NCBI GenBank assembly: GCA_002633005.1
Contig: NMRA01000060.1
Span: forward strand, 616,016 to 680,015
DNA from: Phoronis australis
Lineage: Eukaryota; Animalia; Phoronida
Reading direction: 5' to 3'
Length of the DNA stretch: 64,000 nucleotides
Positions 39,291-52,299 of this stretch are shown here, in pieces (the stretch's first letter is position 1; each line of letters starts with the position of its first letter). The notes beneath the pieces were generated by a model, which was not told the origin of the DNA, did not search any database, and was given only the letters and a program-made list of their open reading frames with translations. Made by a program: the position numbers and the translations under genes.

Positions 39291-42200
39291 ATCTGATGAT
39301 GCGGTAAGCGGAAAAATGTACAGAGATTTCCATGTTCACCCGAACAGTCGCACAACAAAAATGACGTCCATCCACCCTGTAGTGGAGAATTTTGCAAGTA
39401 CGTCGCCGTACAAACAGACTCTTTCGCCTTACATTACAGGCCAAAGTAAACAATCTCCTTCGATTGCTTCTGAGCATGTGTGTTAAGAATGCAAACTGAT
39501 TCCCTTGTCAAGCCGTGCGGCAGTATTAAATGCCTTGCTTTTAAAGTTGAGTGGTGTTTCAAGCTTATAACATTCAACATCGTACACAAAATGAGAATGT
39601 AATAGTTGTTTAATAAATAAGTGTTGTGATGCATTTAACCGCATTTAACAGCATCAAACAACCTCATCTGCGAAAAGTTGGGTCATTTAGTCCAACTCCC
39701 TGACGATAAAACATCAGAAGAATTCATCGCGTTAATCATGTTTATGACTAGGTGATTATTAAATGCCATTGTTTTATGGTTGCCAGGTATTTTTATTCAC
39801 AGAAATGTCACACCACAGTTGTCAGGGGTGATTTGTCGCTGTGCTTAACAAGTCGTCTGTTTTTGAAGTGTACATGACCTGCATTGACCTATAAGATGGT
39901 ATGTGCAAAGTCACATAGTGCTAAAATTTAATGCACGGTTAACCTTATCAACAAAAATCCCGTAACAATTTTGATCAACAAATTGCATCTTCAAATCTCA
40001 AACAAGCGCCTACACACTGCAAAATAATTGTCAAAGGCTACATGTACACGTGTGCTGAAGACAGATTACAAGGTACACTGTACTAGCTTCACACGGGTAC
40101 CAGCTAGTGTAAGGGATTCAGGTTTAGCCGGATTTACGCTAGACATGGGAAGTTGCCCTGGTGATACATGCTTGAGTTAGGAAACAAAAATATCACGTAA
40201 AAGCTGTGCTGTTATCAATACGTTTATGTATTATTTGCTATTGTCATCCAGTTTTTTCTGTATCGAATTTCATTTGTTGAACGCCGTTGTTATCGTTTTT
40301 TCACCGTTCACAAATGTGATGGTGGCAATACCACGAAGGACATACACACAACGTGTCTTTATTACCATACCTCAAATTAACATGTATATATCTTTTTATG
40401 AATGTACGTTTCTCGTGTTTAGCTGTAGTGAACAAAGTCCTCAATCAAATTATCTTGGTGCTATTTCCATCATAGTAGAGCATGGATAAGTTTGCTCTGC
40501 AAACAGCGTGTGGCAAAGAGAAAGCGCAGTGGCCTTGGCATGTAGAATACAGCAGCTTCAGTCTGCGAAACACATGTCTCGCACTGTGTTGTCTTCCAGC
40601 AAATGGAGTCTAACCAACCAAATGATGTTGGACCGGGTTCACGGAGAATTAGTGTCCGTAGGCATAAAAGTTCAACGACCTTCGCCAAATAAAATTCTTC
40701 GTTTTTCCCAATTACGAAGGTGACGTTTTCAACCAGTAATCGAGATTTTTAAATGATTATATACAAAAGGCATTTCAAATCTTGAGTTGTTCATTCGTAG
40801 TAACTAGTATCTGGAAGAGAAAAGAAAAGAAAAAAAAACATCGATCAAGTATACTTCGGAGCCATTTTGATGCATCAGTTTTAACATGTCGCTTCAAAAG
40901 TGTAGGACCTCGCAAAATGTAGCCAAAATCACGCGTCCTCATTTAAAATACACGACAACATCTCACGTAATCTTGCGAAGTCCTAGCGTTACTGAACTCA
41001 GGGCAAGTTTGCCGGTGCTTCCATCAGGTTTGGATAACCTGCAGCATACGAGCTTTTTTTCCCATACAGAATTGCAGCCAGGTCGAATTCACCTACAGTG
41101 TAGGTATTTCTGACAGGGTTAGATCAGTTTTCAGTTTTTATGTGGTCTGTCACACACAACAGCATGAGGATGAATATGCGATTCTAGACGTAATCAATAT
41201 TACTAGATAACTTGAAAACGTTTAAAAGAAAATGCCCAGTGGGATTATGTCATTCTGTACCAGTCCAACGAGGCAAAGGTTCACCTAAATAATTACCGCA
41301 GACACCTGACCTGATGCAAGACACTTCGAACACTTGTTTACAACAGAGACCGTCTCTGTTTACAACTGAATCAGAACCCAAAATGCAAAAAATGTGGTGA
41401 TTGTGACCATAATATTCCACAGCAGGACCGTTTCCACGTTCAGGACTTAACGCCGAGATGAATGATTAAAACGGAAACACGAAGCTTTTGAGGAGTTGAC
41501 TCTGTGGGCTAGTAGTTGTAGGCTTACGGAGACAAAGGACAACTCCGGCGTGACTATGTATGGCCTTCGGTTCACTTTTTGCAAAAAATGGACAAACATG
41601 GAATTACATGTATCAATTGCACTGCAGTAAAGATTGGAATAAAGGTTGCGATGTTGGCCACTTATCTATAACAAAGGTGCTTTTAACGTGAAGAATTAAC
41701 GAGGAACTCGCACATCCCGTCGTGGTTTCGAAGTAGGTCTAAGTGAAGCACGCGACTACGCCTACGCGGCGGCGAACGGTTGCCCATAAAATACTGTACC
41801 GAGGCATACCCTTCATTTGACTCGAATTAACGGTAAACGCAGGCCGCGGATGAATACCCCGAATTGTATTTGGGTTCGAGAAAGTAGCGCGTTCGCAGGA
41901 TCGACTGAAGCCACGAATCGGTAAGACAAAGAAAAAAAAACACGCCGGGGAATTGTGGTCATATAACCCGGCGCTTTTTCGTCGCGGGAACGAATGGGAA
42001 GGAGGCGTCGGGCGGCGGCGGGTGTCTTCGCGGCCGCTCTCGAGTTGTTTTTGTCCGACGGAGTCGAAGCCAACATCCGGGTCCTAATTTAGCGTTTTAA
42101 TTTATAGATGCCTATCATTTTTGAGGGAAAACGTAATGTTGGATCATTATGGAAAGCCAAATTTAACATGCATGCTGCACACACGAATGACACTTGTTTG

Positions 42201-42938
42201 TGAAATAATGCTGGAGATTGATAATTTGGGTAATCAACCGCAAATGTAAAAAGTGGAGTGGTAGGTGACCATAGGTTAAGAACAGGATGCTTAAGAGAAC
42301 GAAAATAGGTGCATAACATGGCCTGACGTTAGAGCTACCAGTAGAAAATGTTTCTGTCATCGAAAATTTTGTGCGAATGAATCCAATGAAATTTGAAGAA
42401 CTCTTTCAGGGTTTTCCTCACTGAAAACGGCTGACATTTTGTTTGCCATGTATCGTCACATGACCTAGACAACTCTCTCATTGGCTGATTTAATATCTGC
42501 TTAGGTACATGTAGATTACCGTTAATCATGCAGCAAACTAGCCGCGGAAAGCTATTTTTCTCAGTCATATTGTCTGGGCATGCTTATCATCAGTGCTTTG
42601 AAACATTGTTGAGAGAGTACCATGATTCCATGTCGATCAACAGTGTTGCGTGGAAAAGTTGTTGTTGAACTTGGTTAAACTGCTGTAATAAACACATCTA
42701 CTGTCAAAGTCGGCGAATTCTTGTTTTTAACATTTTCGATTAGTTTTGAGTTCTTTGGAATTGACTCTACACGAAACAGTAAACAGTCTGTAGATCACAT
42801 TCAGTCATCGCCTCTGTTCGCCTCAGCATCGTCTTGACATCTCTGTCGAATTTGAATACAGCTCCAATTTAGCGATCAATTCCATCTTTCGATTGCAACA
42901 CGTGGTTAAGGCTTCGACCTTTATTGTTGGCGTACGTT

Positions 42939-43074
42939 CATGGACGTCGCAGCACTGAAAATAGTGGGGCTATAGCCCCCCTTTGGTGCACCGCCCTTAG
43001 CCTATGGACGGTGTAGCAATGAAAAAAGTGGGGTGGCTATAGCCCCTCCAGCCCCCTTTGGTGCGCCGCCCATG
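42939..43074. mobile_element. Tandem dimer of a ~65-bp mini-MITE with 5-bp TSD
   Basis: Two units of YATGGACG..GGCTATAGCCCC..TTTGGTGCRCCGCCC; outer flanks ACGTT / ATGTT (one CpG-type transition). Confidence 0.7.
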
Positions 43075-44690
43075 ATGTTAAAATATTTTAGTAGTAACAA
43101 ATGGAAGGAACAAATATTGGTGCTTACAAACAATGAAACCCACCACAGTCGTCAATCAAGTCCATGGGAGTAGAACCATTCCTTCACTGCAACAATGTGG
43201 GCATCGAAGATTTGCACAAACTGTCGCAAATTGAGAGTTACGACAGTCTGTTCAATAATTTGTGCTTCAAAGGTCGGCACAAAGTATTGCAAATTGTGAC
43301 AATTTGTGCAGTTGAGACAATAGTCTAACATAGCAGTCCCAACGTCGTACTTTTCTCCAATGTTAAATAGTGGAGTTGAAAGCTTCCGTTAAAATAGTGC
43401 ACAGATATACCGTGCCTGCAGGTCTTATATGTAGCTCCGCCATTATATTGGCTATGCAGTTTCGATAAAAACTGAACTGTACGTGCACAAGGAATAACGT
43501 CAGACCCCCTTCAGATATTTATGCTCATCAATAAGGTCGCTGGCGACGACTGTTATTTCGGACCTCTGTGCTCAAATAACTGATAAATGGGAGACTCTCA
43601 ATGATAGTAAAAAACTGCCAACACCAATTTGACGTTTTATGTCGCCCTTTTAGACTCCGGCACGAACAGGACGCTTTAGTGTTCAATTGCATTCTATTGA
43701 AAGCCTCAAATAAATGCGTTTGGTAGAGAATTTTTCCTAAGTAATCCAAAGTTTGATGTTATGAATAAAATTGCTCCTTCTTAACAATAGATAGGCTTGT
43801 CTTGTTGCAATTTCCGCAGCAACTCCTAGTTCACATTTTGCAATGGCTGAATTATGTACATGTATACAGATTACAGTGATAAATTATGCTTTGAATTATT
43901 AGTGGATTGGCTTCGCGTATCGCTCAGTTAATATGCATTTAGTTGCCTTGTTGGTCAGAGCAACGAAGTTTCTTAAAACTCACTATTTTTTCACATGTAC
44001 TTGAGCTTGTTACCACAAATGCTGATGACAGCAAAAATTGAAATGTGGGTTAACTCATCTATTTGATTATTATACCTAATTCACCATGAACAAAATGACT
44101 CAAGGCCAAGTGCTTTACAACTTCGGGTTTTGATGCACTGACATTTCTTTTTTCACAGACATGATTAGAGATCAATGGGAGAAAGATCTAGCCAGTCACG
44201 TACTCTTACGACAAAATCTCGCGGACTCTTGGGAGATCTTGCTTTTCTGGCGACGTATTAGCGTTATCGAACTTTCCCCTGGTTGTTACAGATCACATGT
44301 TGGCATTTTGGGGTCATAGGTTGAATCTTAACCACCCAGAGCTAAGTACACCTGGCTTTCGCCATAAACAAAAACGTTCTCTGTTGAAGTTGCGTATTTG
44401 TAAAACTGAAAATGACACTAAAGTGTTATCCTAAACGCTTTCCAATACTTTCTCATTAATTTAGTTTTGTTCTGGACAGAAACACGTATAAAACACAAAT
44501 CGTGTACGTATTCTGCTTCTCGATGATGAAGAATCAAAGAAGCATGTAACTACTTGAATAGTGAGGTCACACTAAACTCGCCACATGCTTGGGAGAGCAA
44601 ACGGTTAAATATACATGGTAATACTATATGCAGAATGAGTCATGCAGTTTCTGAACCTGAGTTCTTACATTGTAAATGTATTGACCTTAA

Positions 44691-45304
44691 AGGAGAATGC
44701 TACCAAAACAATGTACAGTTGTATTTTGTATCAAATTAGATTGAATTGTTCCACTCGATAACAGCAAACTCAGCTCTTTTACCTGACACAAGACGGCAAA
44801 CGGAGGTGCTGAAATAAACCATTGACGTCACAGGTTCTAAAACAGTCTGCTCAGCAGTTCACAACACGCTTCTTCGTATCGGCTAATAGGTTGAATTTGT
44901 TGTTTTACACCGATAAATCATCAAAATTTGATGTAAAAGCCTTACAAATACATTAAAATTTTAAACAAATGAATTGTTTTATTTCGCTGTTACGGATTTA
45001 TAGAATTCTTTAACGTACCGTAGCGGGATGTTTGGAGTCTGTTTGGTGATAAATTAGACTTATTCTTCCGTGAAATACAGAAGAAGAGCATAGTCATGTT
45101 ATGTAATTTTAGAGTTGCGATTTTTTTCAGTTCAAAACACAAAACGCTCGTTAAAACCTAGCGACTCGGAACCCGATCTGGTCCGTCGCGGCCGGGGACT
45201 ATAGACATCCCGAACGTAAATCAGACGGTTTAGTGGGCTGCGAAACTTGAAAATCAAATTTGCAGTCACGAGATATATTTATGTATATCTTTGATATATA
45301 TATT

Positions 45305-45337
<33 letters not shown>

Positions 45338-46019
45338 AAATATATATGTATATGCACATGTATATGTATATGTATATACATACATGTATCAAAATAAAAA
45401 TTTTCTTAACATCTGACCATGGCATATGAAATCGAGTTATAGTTTCTCAACAACTTTCTGTCAGCTAACACTGAACTATCATAGTATTGCACGTATGGTG
45501 GTCAATCAATATATTGCATCTGAAACCGGTAACACAGTGTGATTTATTCATTGTTGATTTCTCAGTAGATTTGCACTCACAAACATTCCTAAGGCATTAC
45601 AAATTGTATCTACTGAGAAGGACTTGGGCACTTTGTTTCATTTTTTTATAAACGTTGGTTAGGAAGAGAATAATTCATTTTGAAACAGAACAATGGCCGG
45701 CCGCCACAGACACGGAGATATTTCAAGGCCTCTAACGGCGTGCTATTCACTCTTTACTGCCGGGAACCAATTCTGAAGCATGTCGGGTTGTCGAAGAAAT
45801 CAAAGAAACGTATATACCCGCTTTCCTCGCAGCTTCATGGTTCACACAAGCGGGAACGATACTCCACACCATAGCAGCACACACTCTGCTGAAGAACCAC
45901 TGACGACGCTGTGTCACAGGTTAACGCGGCACCTTTCGGCGAGGTGAGATCGACTTTATACGAGGTGATGTTCGATTAAGACGGTAACAAAAACTGATTG
46001 AATCGGGTGGCATTCTCCT
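44691..46019. mobile_element. TTAA-target MITE (Kolobok-like), copy 1
   Basis: TTAA|AGGAGAATGC...GCATTCTCCT|TTAA; the interior matches the reverse complement of 58664-59609 (e.g. CCCGCTTTCCTCGCAGC); contains a (TA)n tract at ~45285-45390. Confidence 0.85.
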
Positions 46020-49000
46020 TTAAAACATCGTGAATCATAAGGCGAGTCAACAACCTGGGTGGTATAGGATTTAGGTTCCTTTGATTTTTCCACGCATACC
46101 GTGATCAATACGCGCTTAGAACGACTTTACTTACAACCCCCAAACTCCACTGAATTCTGAATACTGTCTTTTCTAATTATTACCACTGATCCGACATGAG
46201 TTATTTCACCACGTGTAAACCCGCTAGCTAAATGAGACATGTAACGAAGATACTCTGCCATGCTTTACTGAATAATATCTTCCCGAATCTCGCACATGGA
46301 TCAACACACACTGTATTCAATCCACTGGCTGAACATGTACGTGAAATGAAATGAAAGGGTGTCAAACAACTGGTATGATCAAGCTAAACACTACTTCATC
46401 AATGATTCCATTGTGTTCCATCTCCTATAAGGCGGCATCATATCTGTTCTTCAAAACGAATCTCGAATTTTTACTAAACTTACTTTTCAACCATTTAACT
46501 AAGTTTTGACCATGGTCACGTTATCCGGAACTTTGGAGGAAATAAATGCAGACCCCCAACGGAGAACCACCTCATATCAGTCTCTCTTTATTTTCATGAA
46601 CTTGTCAAACTCATCGAGAACAGTATTATTTCCAGGATTCTTTTCATCAGTTTTGATACCCAGACAATGTAATTCCCAAATCTGTTTCTATTGGGACTCA
46701 GGGACGTAGTTCAAACTGAGCAGGTGCTACCAGACTCTCCTTTGTCGCTACATTCACCGAAATGTGGTCTCATTGATAACGTACGAATCATTTTTTAAAC
46801 ATTTTGTGGTATTTATCCAAGTCGACGAGGAACTGTCTCTACCTACCATGTCCACGCTTAACCATGAGATCCAAACCGTGAAAATTCCCCAGTACAGAAG
46901 GAGGCACTTTAGGTCTGCTGATTGGCGTACATACATGTAGGCCTATGTTTGGAACTCCAACTACTGGAAAAGGACAGAGACGACATTTAAATTCAATTAC
47001 TTCATTCCCAGATCATTCCAATATCTAGAACCATCACACTTGTCAGTCAGATGTCCTGTAAACCTAAACACCTTCTTCCTAACTGCTTAACAAGACCTTC
47101 GCGTACCTATGTCTTACCTGACCCGGTATCAAACAGCCTTGGTACTTCTACCTTCGCGCCCTAGGACGACCTCTTCTACGGTCTACAAAATAGTACAGAT
47201 TTTTGTATAAGAGATGGTTTTTGTTGGCCGAGACACTAACACTAGTAACATTGGAAGGTTGACTGTCAGGGTTATACCCTACGTTAGATTCTTCAAGCAA
47301 AGTGAATCATGTTTGACCATGCATGTCTTACAATAAGATTTGCATTCGCTTGCAAAATGACCTGCTCCAATACAAGCAAATCGCAAACCTGCACATTTGA
47401 TCCATCTGCTTTCTTTGAATTATGCTAGCCTTAATGAAGTCTCAATATACTTCAGTGCTCAGTGTTGGCGAAGTCAAAGTATCTCCAGTGGGTTTGTTTA
47501 CTTTTAAATCAAACTCCTCTCTGGGAACTTTTCCCACGGTAACTGAACCATACGCATTTTACTCCTTGCGAAATTGAATCTCTTTTGACAAAAAGTACAA
47601 TACAAAATTTATCTGCCTCCTTGCCGGTAGCCTTGATGCAAATATGTTTTCACAATCAGTCACACGCAGTTCGTTAGCAGGCTACCTTGTCGGTTGGCAT
47701 TTGCCTGGCCCACTCCATAGTGATAGAGTGAAAGATGAGAGCAACAGGATAACAGGTGAAACACCATAATTTTCACCACGGATATCGAGTGCTTGGTAAC
47801 TCCCACATGGGTAAATATTCCGTCGTGTAGCTTCCACAAGTCACCGGCAGACGCTCGTGCGAGTAAGCAAATTGCCAACAGCTCCAGAATATGCACAAAC
47901 ACTGTGTGCTGAGTACGAATGGTTTGCTCAACATCTCCAGTGCCTTGTGGTAGTCTTTTAAAGAGATACCGTCAACAGATCGTTTGCCTCACTATGAACA
48001 AGAGACAGCAGGCAACATCCGCCATATCCGTGCCATGTGCAGTAACGCCGAGATCGCCTATCCAATGCGTCTCTACTAAACTTCAGAAAACCGAGCTTTG
48101 GTATCTTTGACGTGTGGTCATGGCTTCTGCTAGCAGATCCACAGACCTCTAGCCCTGGATTGCCAGCTCCGATCTCGCAGCCGCTGACGTTGCGCCACGC
48201 ATGCGTGAGAGTTGTTTTCATTCGTTTGCTCCGGCCAGAGTACATACATGAGAACGCCAATTCGTAAGTGTCATAAAGCAATGTATATATTTACGCGCGA
48301 AATTCAAGGCAATCCCAAAATATTTTTAACACCATTTGCTCGCTAGCAATTAGCACTTGATTGACGTGACCGATTACGCCATGCAAGATATTATGCAATT
48401 GTTTAAAGCAGAACTACTTGAGAGCTTTCTAGTAGGTCCCAGTAAATTTGTCATTGATGCATAAAGGTAGTCTGGAACATTATGGATCCTACCATATATT
48501 TGTAGAATGGCTGCATACAGTAGAATCCAAAAAAACATTAATGCGCTTGGGTTTACGAAAACTTCCAGATCACTGTCCATAAATACTCAGTTAAGAGTAA
48601 GTGAGAATTCATTGCAGTCACAGAATAAGCACTCAATAGATGACCTGTTATAGAGATATGATGTCATGATATTAGTTATGAAACAAGCAACGAGTTAGGC
48701 AGTTGGTGAACAAGTCAAGGCTTCACTACGCTCTCTGCAGCATTAGAACAGATATATCATCGGACGCTTTGTGTTAGTAGACTTGTGCACGTTTGTCCAA
48801 AGTTACTGAGTAAATGCTTCTCATCCAATATCCATGATGCCTATTTCGGGATTGCTACTTCGCATTTGAGGCTAAACACTTCCCATCCAATGTTTGCCCT
48901 TCTTTAATAGTCAAGCATGGGTGCACTTAATTAATTCTGACGCACTAACAGTCCGTCGGTACACATGTAAACGAAACTAAACCACCTCTTCATGTTTAAG

Positions 49001-49215
49001 CAGGGAAAAAACTTTACCACCGGCAAAACACCTTCAGCTGATTTCCCACTATATTAGGGAACTATGTGTGCGAATGACTGATATGTGGCTCACACAATTT
49101 CCACATGTTTTGAGAATCACAGCATAAAAATGCATATCGACATTTTCAGCACAACATGGTGTAAGTTTAGATGTTTTAGTTCATAACCTAATGTGATGTG
49201 CATCTCTATCTAACA

Positions 49216-49240
49216 TAATAATAGTAATAATAATAATAAT

Positions 49241-49317
<77 letters not shown>

Positions 49318-49385
49318 ATATATATAATATATATAATATATATATATATATATATACATATGTGTGTGCGTGTTTGTGTGTGCAC
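49216..49385. repeat. Compound (TAA)n-(TA)n-(TG)n microsatellite
   Basis: Seen directly; it explains the YIYI-rich ORFs at 49181-49466. Confidence 0.95.
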
Positions 49386-52299
49386 GAGCGCGCATGTGCT
49401 TGGGTGGGTACGTTTACCTTTGTGTGAGTAACACATCCGGAATTGTTCAGCATTTCGCTTCGACACTACTGATTACTTGTGGCCGTTGTCTCGTTTGTCC
49501 AAGGCTGCGTCATGTGATCAAATGGGCTGAGTGATAATCACTTTAACGACTGGTCAATTGTCCATGCAGGACCTGCGAACGACAGAGGACCTGCGGAGTA
49601 GCAAAGTGAGCGTTCGCGGGTGAGGGAGGGTGGAGCATATACTATGAGCCAAAAATCCACCATCCACAGTTTTGCACTTACCGGCAGCAATGATTGGCTA
49701 CAGGCATAATAGTGCGAACGTTATTCGCACTGTTTACAGACATTTCAGCAAAATATATTTCTTTGAACGGACATTACTGGCAACAAAAGTAATTTCTCAA
49801 GAATAGTAATAGTGCGGAATATAATCCATTAGCTCCTCAATAGAAATCGAACACTCTGCCAATGAGCCAATTACCCGAATCCCAAGCGTTAAATAGCAGA
49901 GTATGTTAAAGACACTCATTCCGCTTCGTTTTAATTGACAGACGGGCTTTAACGAAATAAGTTCAGTTGGTAAGCAATCCCAAATAATGTCGATTCAAAC
50001 CAACGCCAAACACGTAACTAAATTTAGTATGATTTTTCAGTTCGATTTTTAATTTTGGTGGTGCACCACCACCTAAAATGGCCGCCGTAATGAGTGACAG
50101 CTGACTCATGCGTTATGGGTACTCACTCAATTGCCGCAATATGTAATGAGCTTTCCGAGGAAACCCCGCCCACTTTAAAAATACAAAAATAATTTTGAAA
50201 CAAGGCAAACACAATGCTGAAAAATACAATTTTTTATATTTTAATGATATCTTCCGACTGATGAAGCTCATCTTGAGTTCTAAATTGGTAAAGAAACAAT
50301 ATCTTCAAGCATGCTTAAGTGGTAAAGGGGCCGGCCTTGATTTCTCCGAATGTTTGGCAGACAACGACGAGAAATGTCTTTTTGTAATATAGTAACGAAA
50401 TCATAGGGTATTTTGTTGTTTTATATCCCTCGTCAGAACATGTAATTACACGTAGTAAAATAATGATTAATAACAAAGCATGTACTACTGCAGATAGACC
50501 TAACCACACCTCGATGTCCTACCACTTATACGTACTACCACCTGAAAGCTGTTTTGGATTAACGGGTTGCATATCTACTGATGTGGGTGGATTGTTTTAT
50601 TCCTCTGCATATCAGTTGTGACTTGACACGCTGCCGAGGCAATACAAAAACTGCGTACGGTTTCTTAGACGAATTATTGATGAGCTTTGAAAAAAATAAA
50701 CCAAATGATCCATGACCCCAAGAAAAGCGTGCGGCGTTTTGCTTATGAACACCGAATTCATTATCAGAAATTATATACGTGTACATATACATGTACGCCT
50801 TTCTTAACTGAAACGACGGGGCAATTACGCCTCTCCAGTCACAAAGCCGTTTTCATTTTTAGACTTTTCCTCGGGCGAGTGCTTTGCTGGATGCATACTT
50901 TTCACTGGGGTGGGGCGAAATTTATGGATAAGTGAATATGCCCTATAAGGTTGTACATCATTGTATTACACTTGGCATAGGTTGAATTGATTAACCATCC
51001 AACTCAATGCCGCGGCGCCGACCTATTGTAACTTATTCAAGCCAGAGGCTAGCTGCACTCAATGTTTATAAGACTTATCTGTCATCTACATTGTAGAATT
51101 ATTTTTTCTTTTTCTCTCCGGTTTTATCTACCGACATGCTTAAAGCAATATTGATTTCCTTTCGACACAAATGCACAGCATTAGTTTGACAAATGAAATA
51201 TGGTAATGTTTAAAGGTTGATAAGTTATGGTAGAAGAAACAGCATCCTTAGTGATAATGGCTGTGGTGTGAATTTAATGTAAAATGAAAGCGCTGACAGT
51301 TGCATGTTGATAACACAAACAACCATTAAGTCGTAATTATGCTAATGAAATGTTAATTTCCGTTTTCTGATTTATTTGTGGCCACATGCAAAGATCAAGA
51401 AATAACTATGTACCAAGGCGTTCCATCGAAATTGGAACGCCGGTGTAAAACAAATATCCTGAAATCGAAAACAGACCCCAGCCCAAAAAAAAAGAACGAT
51501 GACCATTGAAACAGGAATCCCAGTGATCGGACAGGACACTTGGCGTCCGAAACACCACTACCATCCTCTCTGACAAACACTGTTTATCTCAAGAAAATAT
51601 TACCTTAGTACCTTTAAAGTGCTTTGTGTTCATACGACGTGTATCAATTTCACATGTTGATGAATCAACAAATCTTCCTCTTTTGAACAGTTGTTGTGAT
51701 GTTTTGTGTACTACCTGAGAATTTAAACAACTTATGACCGTTCCCTAGCGAAAAGTGTTTTGATTCTTAAGAACCTGTTTTACTCGCGGACGTGTACAAA
51801 TACTTGACATACTGAACAATAAGAGAAGGCGTGTGCTAGTGTGGTGGACGATTTGCCGGATTAAATTCGAGTTTCTTTTTAGCTGTCTTTGTAAATATTT
51901 TGCAAGCTGTTCAAACTAGAATCTTTCTCATTTTCCCAACAGTGTATCTATAATTGTTTACGTACATGTTCATATTCACAGTCACTAACCGCAGGAGAAG
52001 ACAAATGCGACAAAGTCACGCCACCACGATCACAGAATCCAGTGGATAATCCGCCATAAAGAGTCTTAATGCGTTGAGTTTAGAACTCCCAAATTCTGTT
52101 TTAATGATCGATGAGAAGTTGAATTACACTTTTTAGGGCAAAAACGGCGAAATTTGTGACGGTGCAGGTATTTTGAGTGAATAATTCTCGCAGTCCATTT
52201 CAAACTCCGGAATTTTTTGTTAATGTTTATTACAAAATCTTCAATACAATGAGTATATATTGCCCAGAAAGCATCAAAAGGCATTATATATGGGTTAAA

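Noticed and set aside
47660-47902. Signal-peptide-like minus ORF (VFVHILELLAICLLARASA)
   Set aside because: Starts at GTG; no in-frame ATG before the upstream stop; nothing recognisable follows.
49181-49466. Tyr/Ile-rich ORFs
   Set aside because: Translation of the (TA)n microsatellite.
50259-50290. Hammerhead-like CTGATGA-AGCTCA-TCT-TGAGTT
   Set aside because: No GAAA core after the stem and no PLE context.
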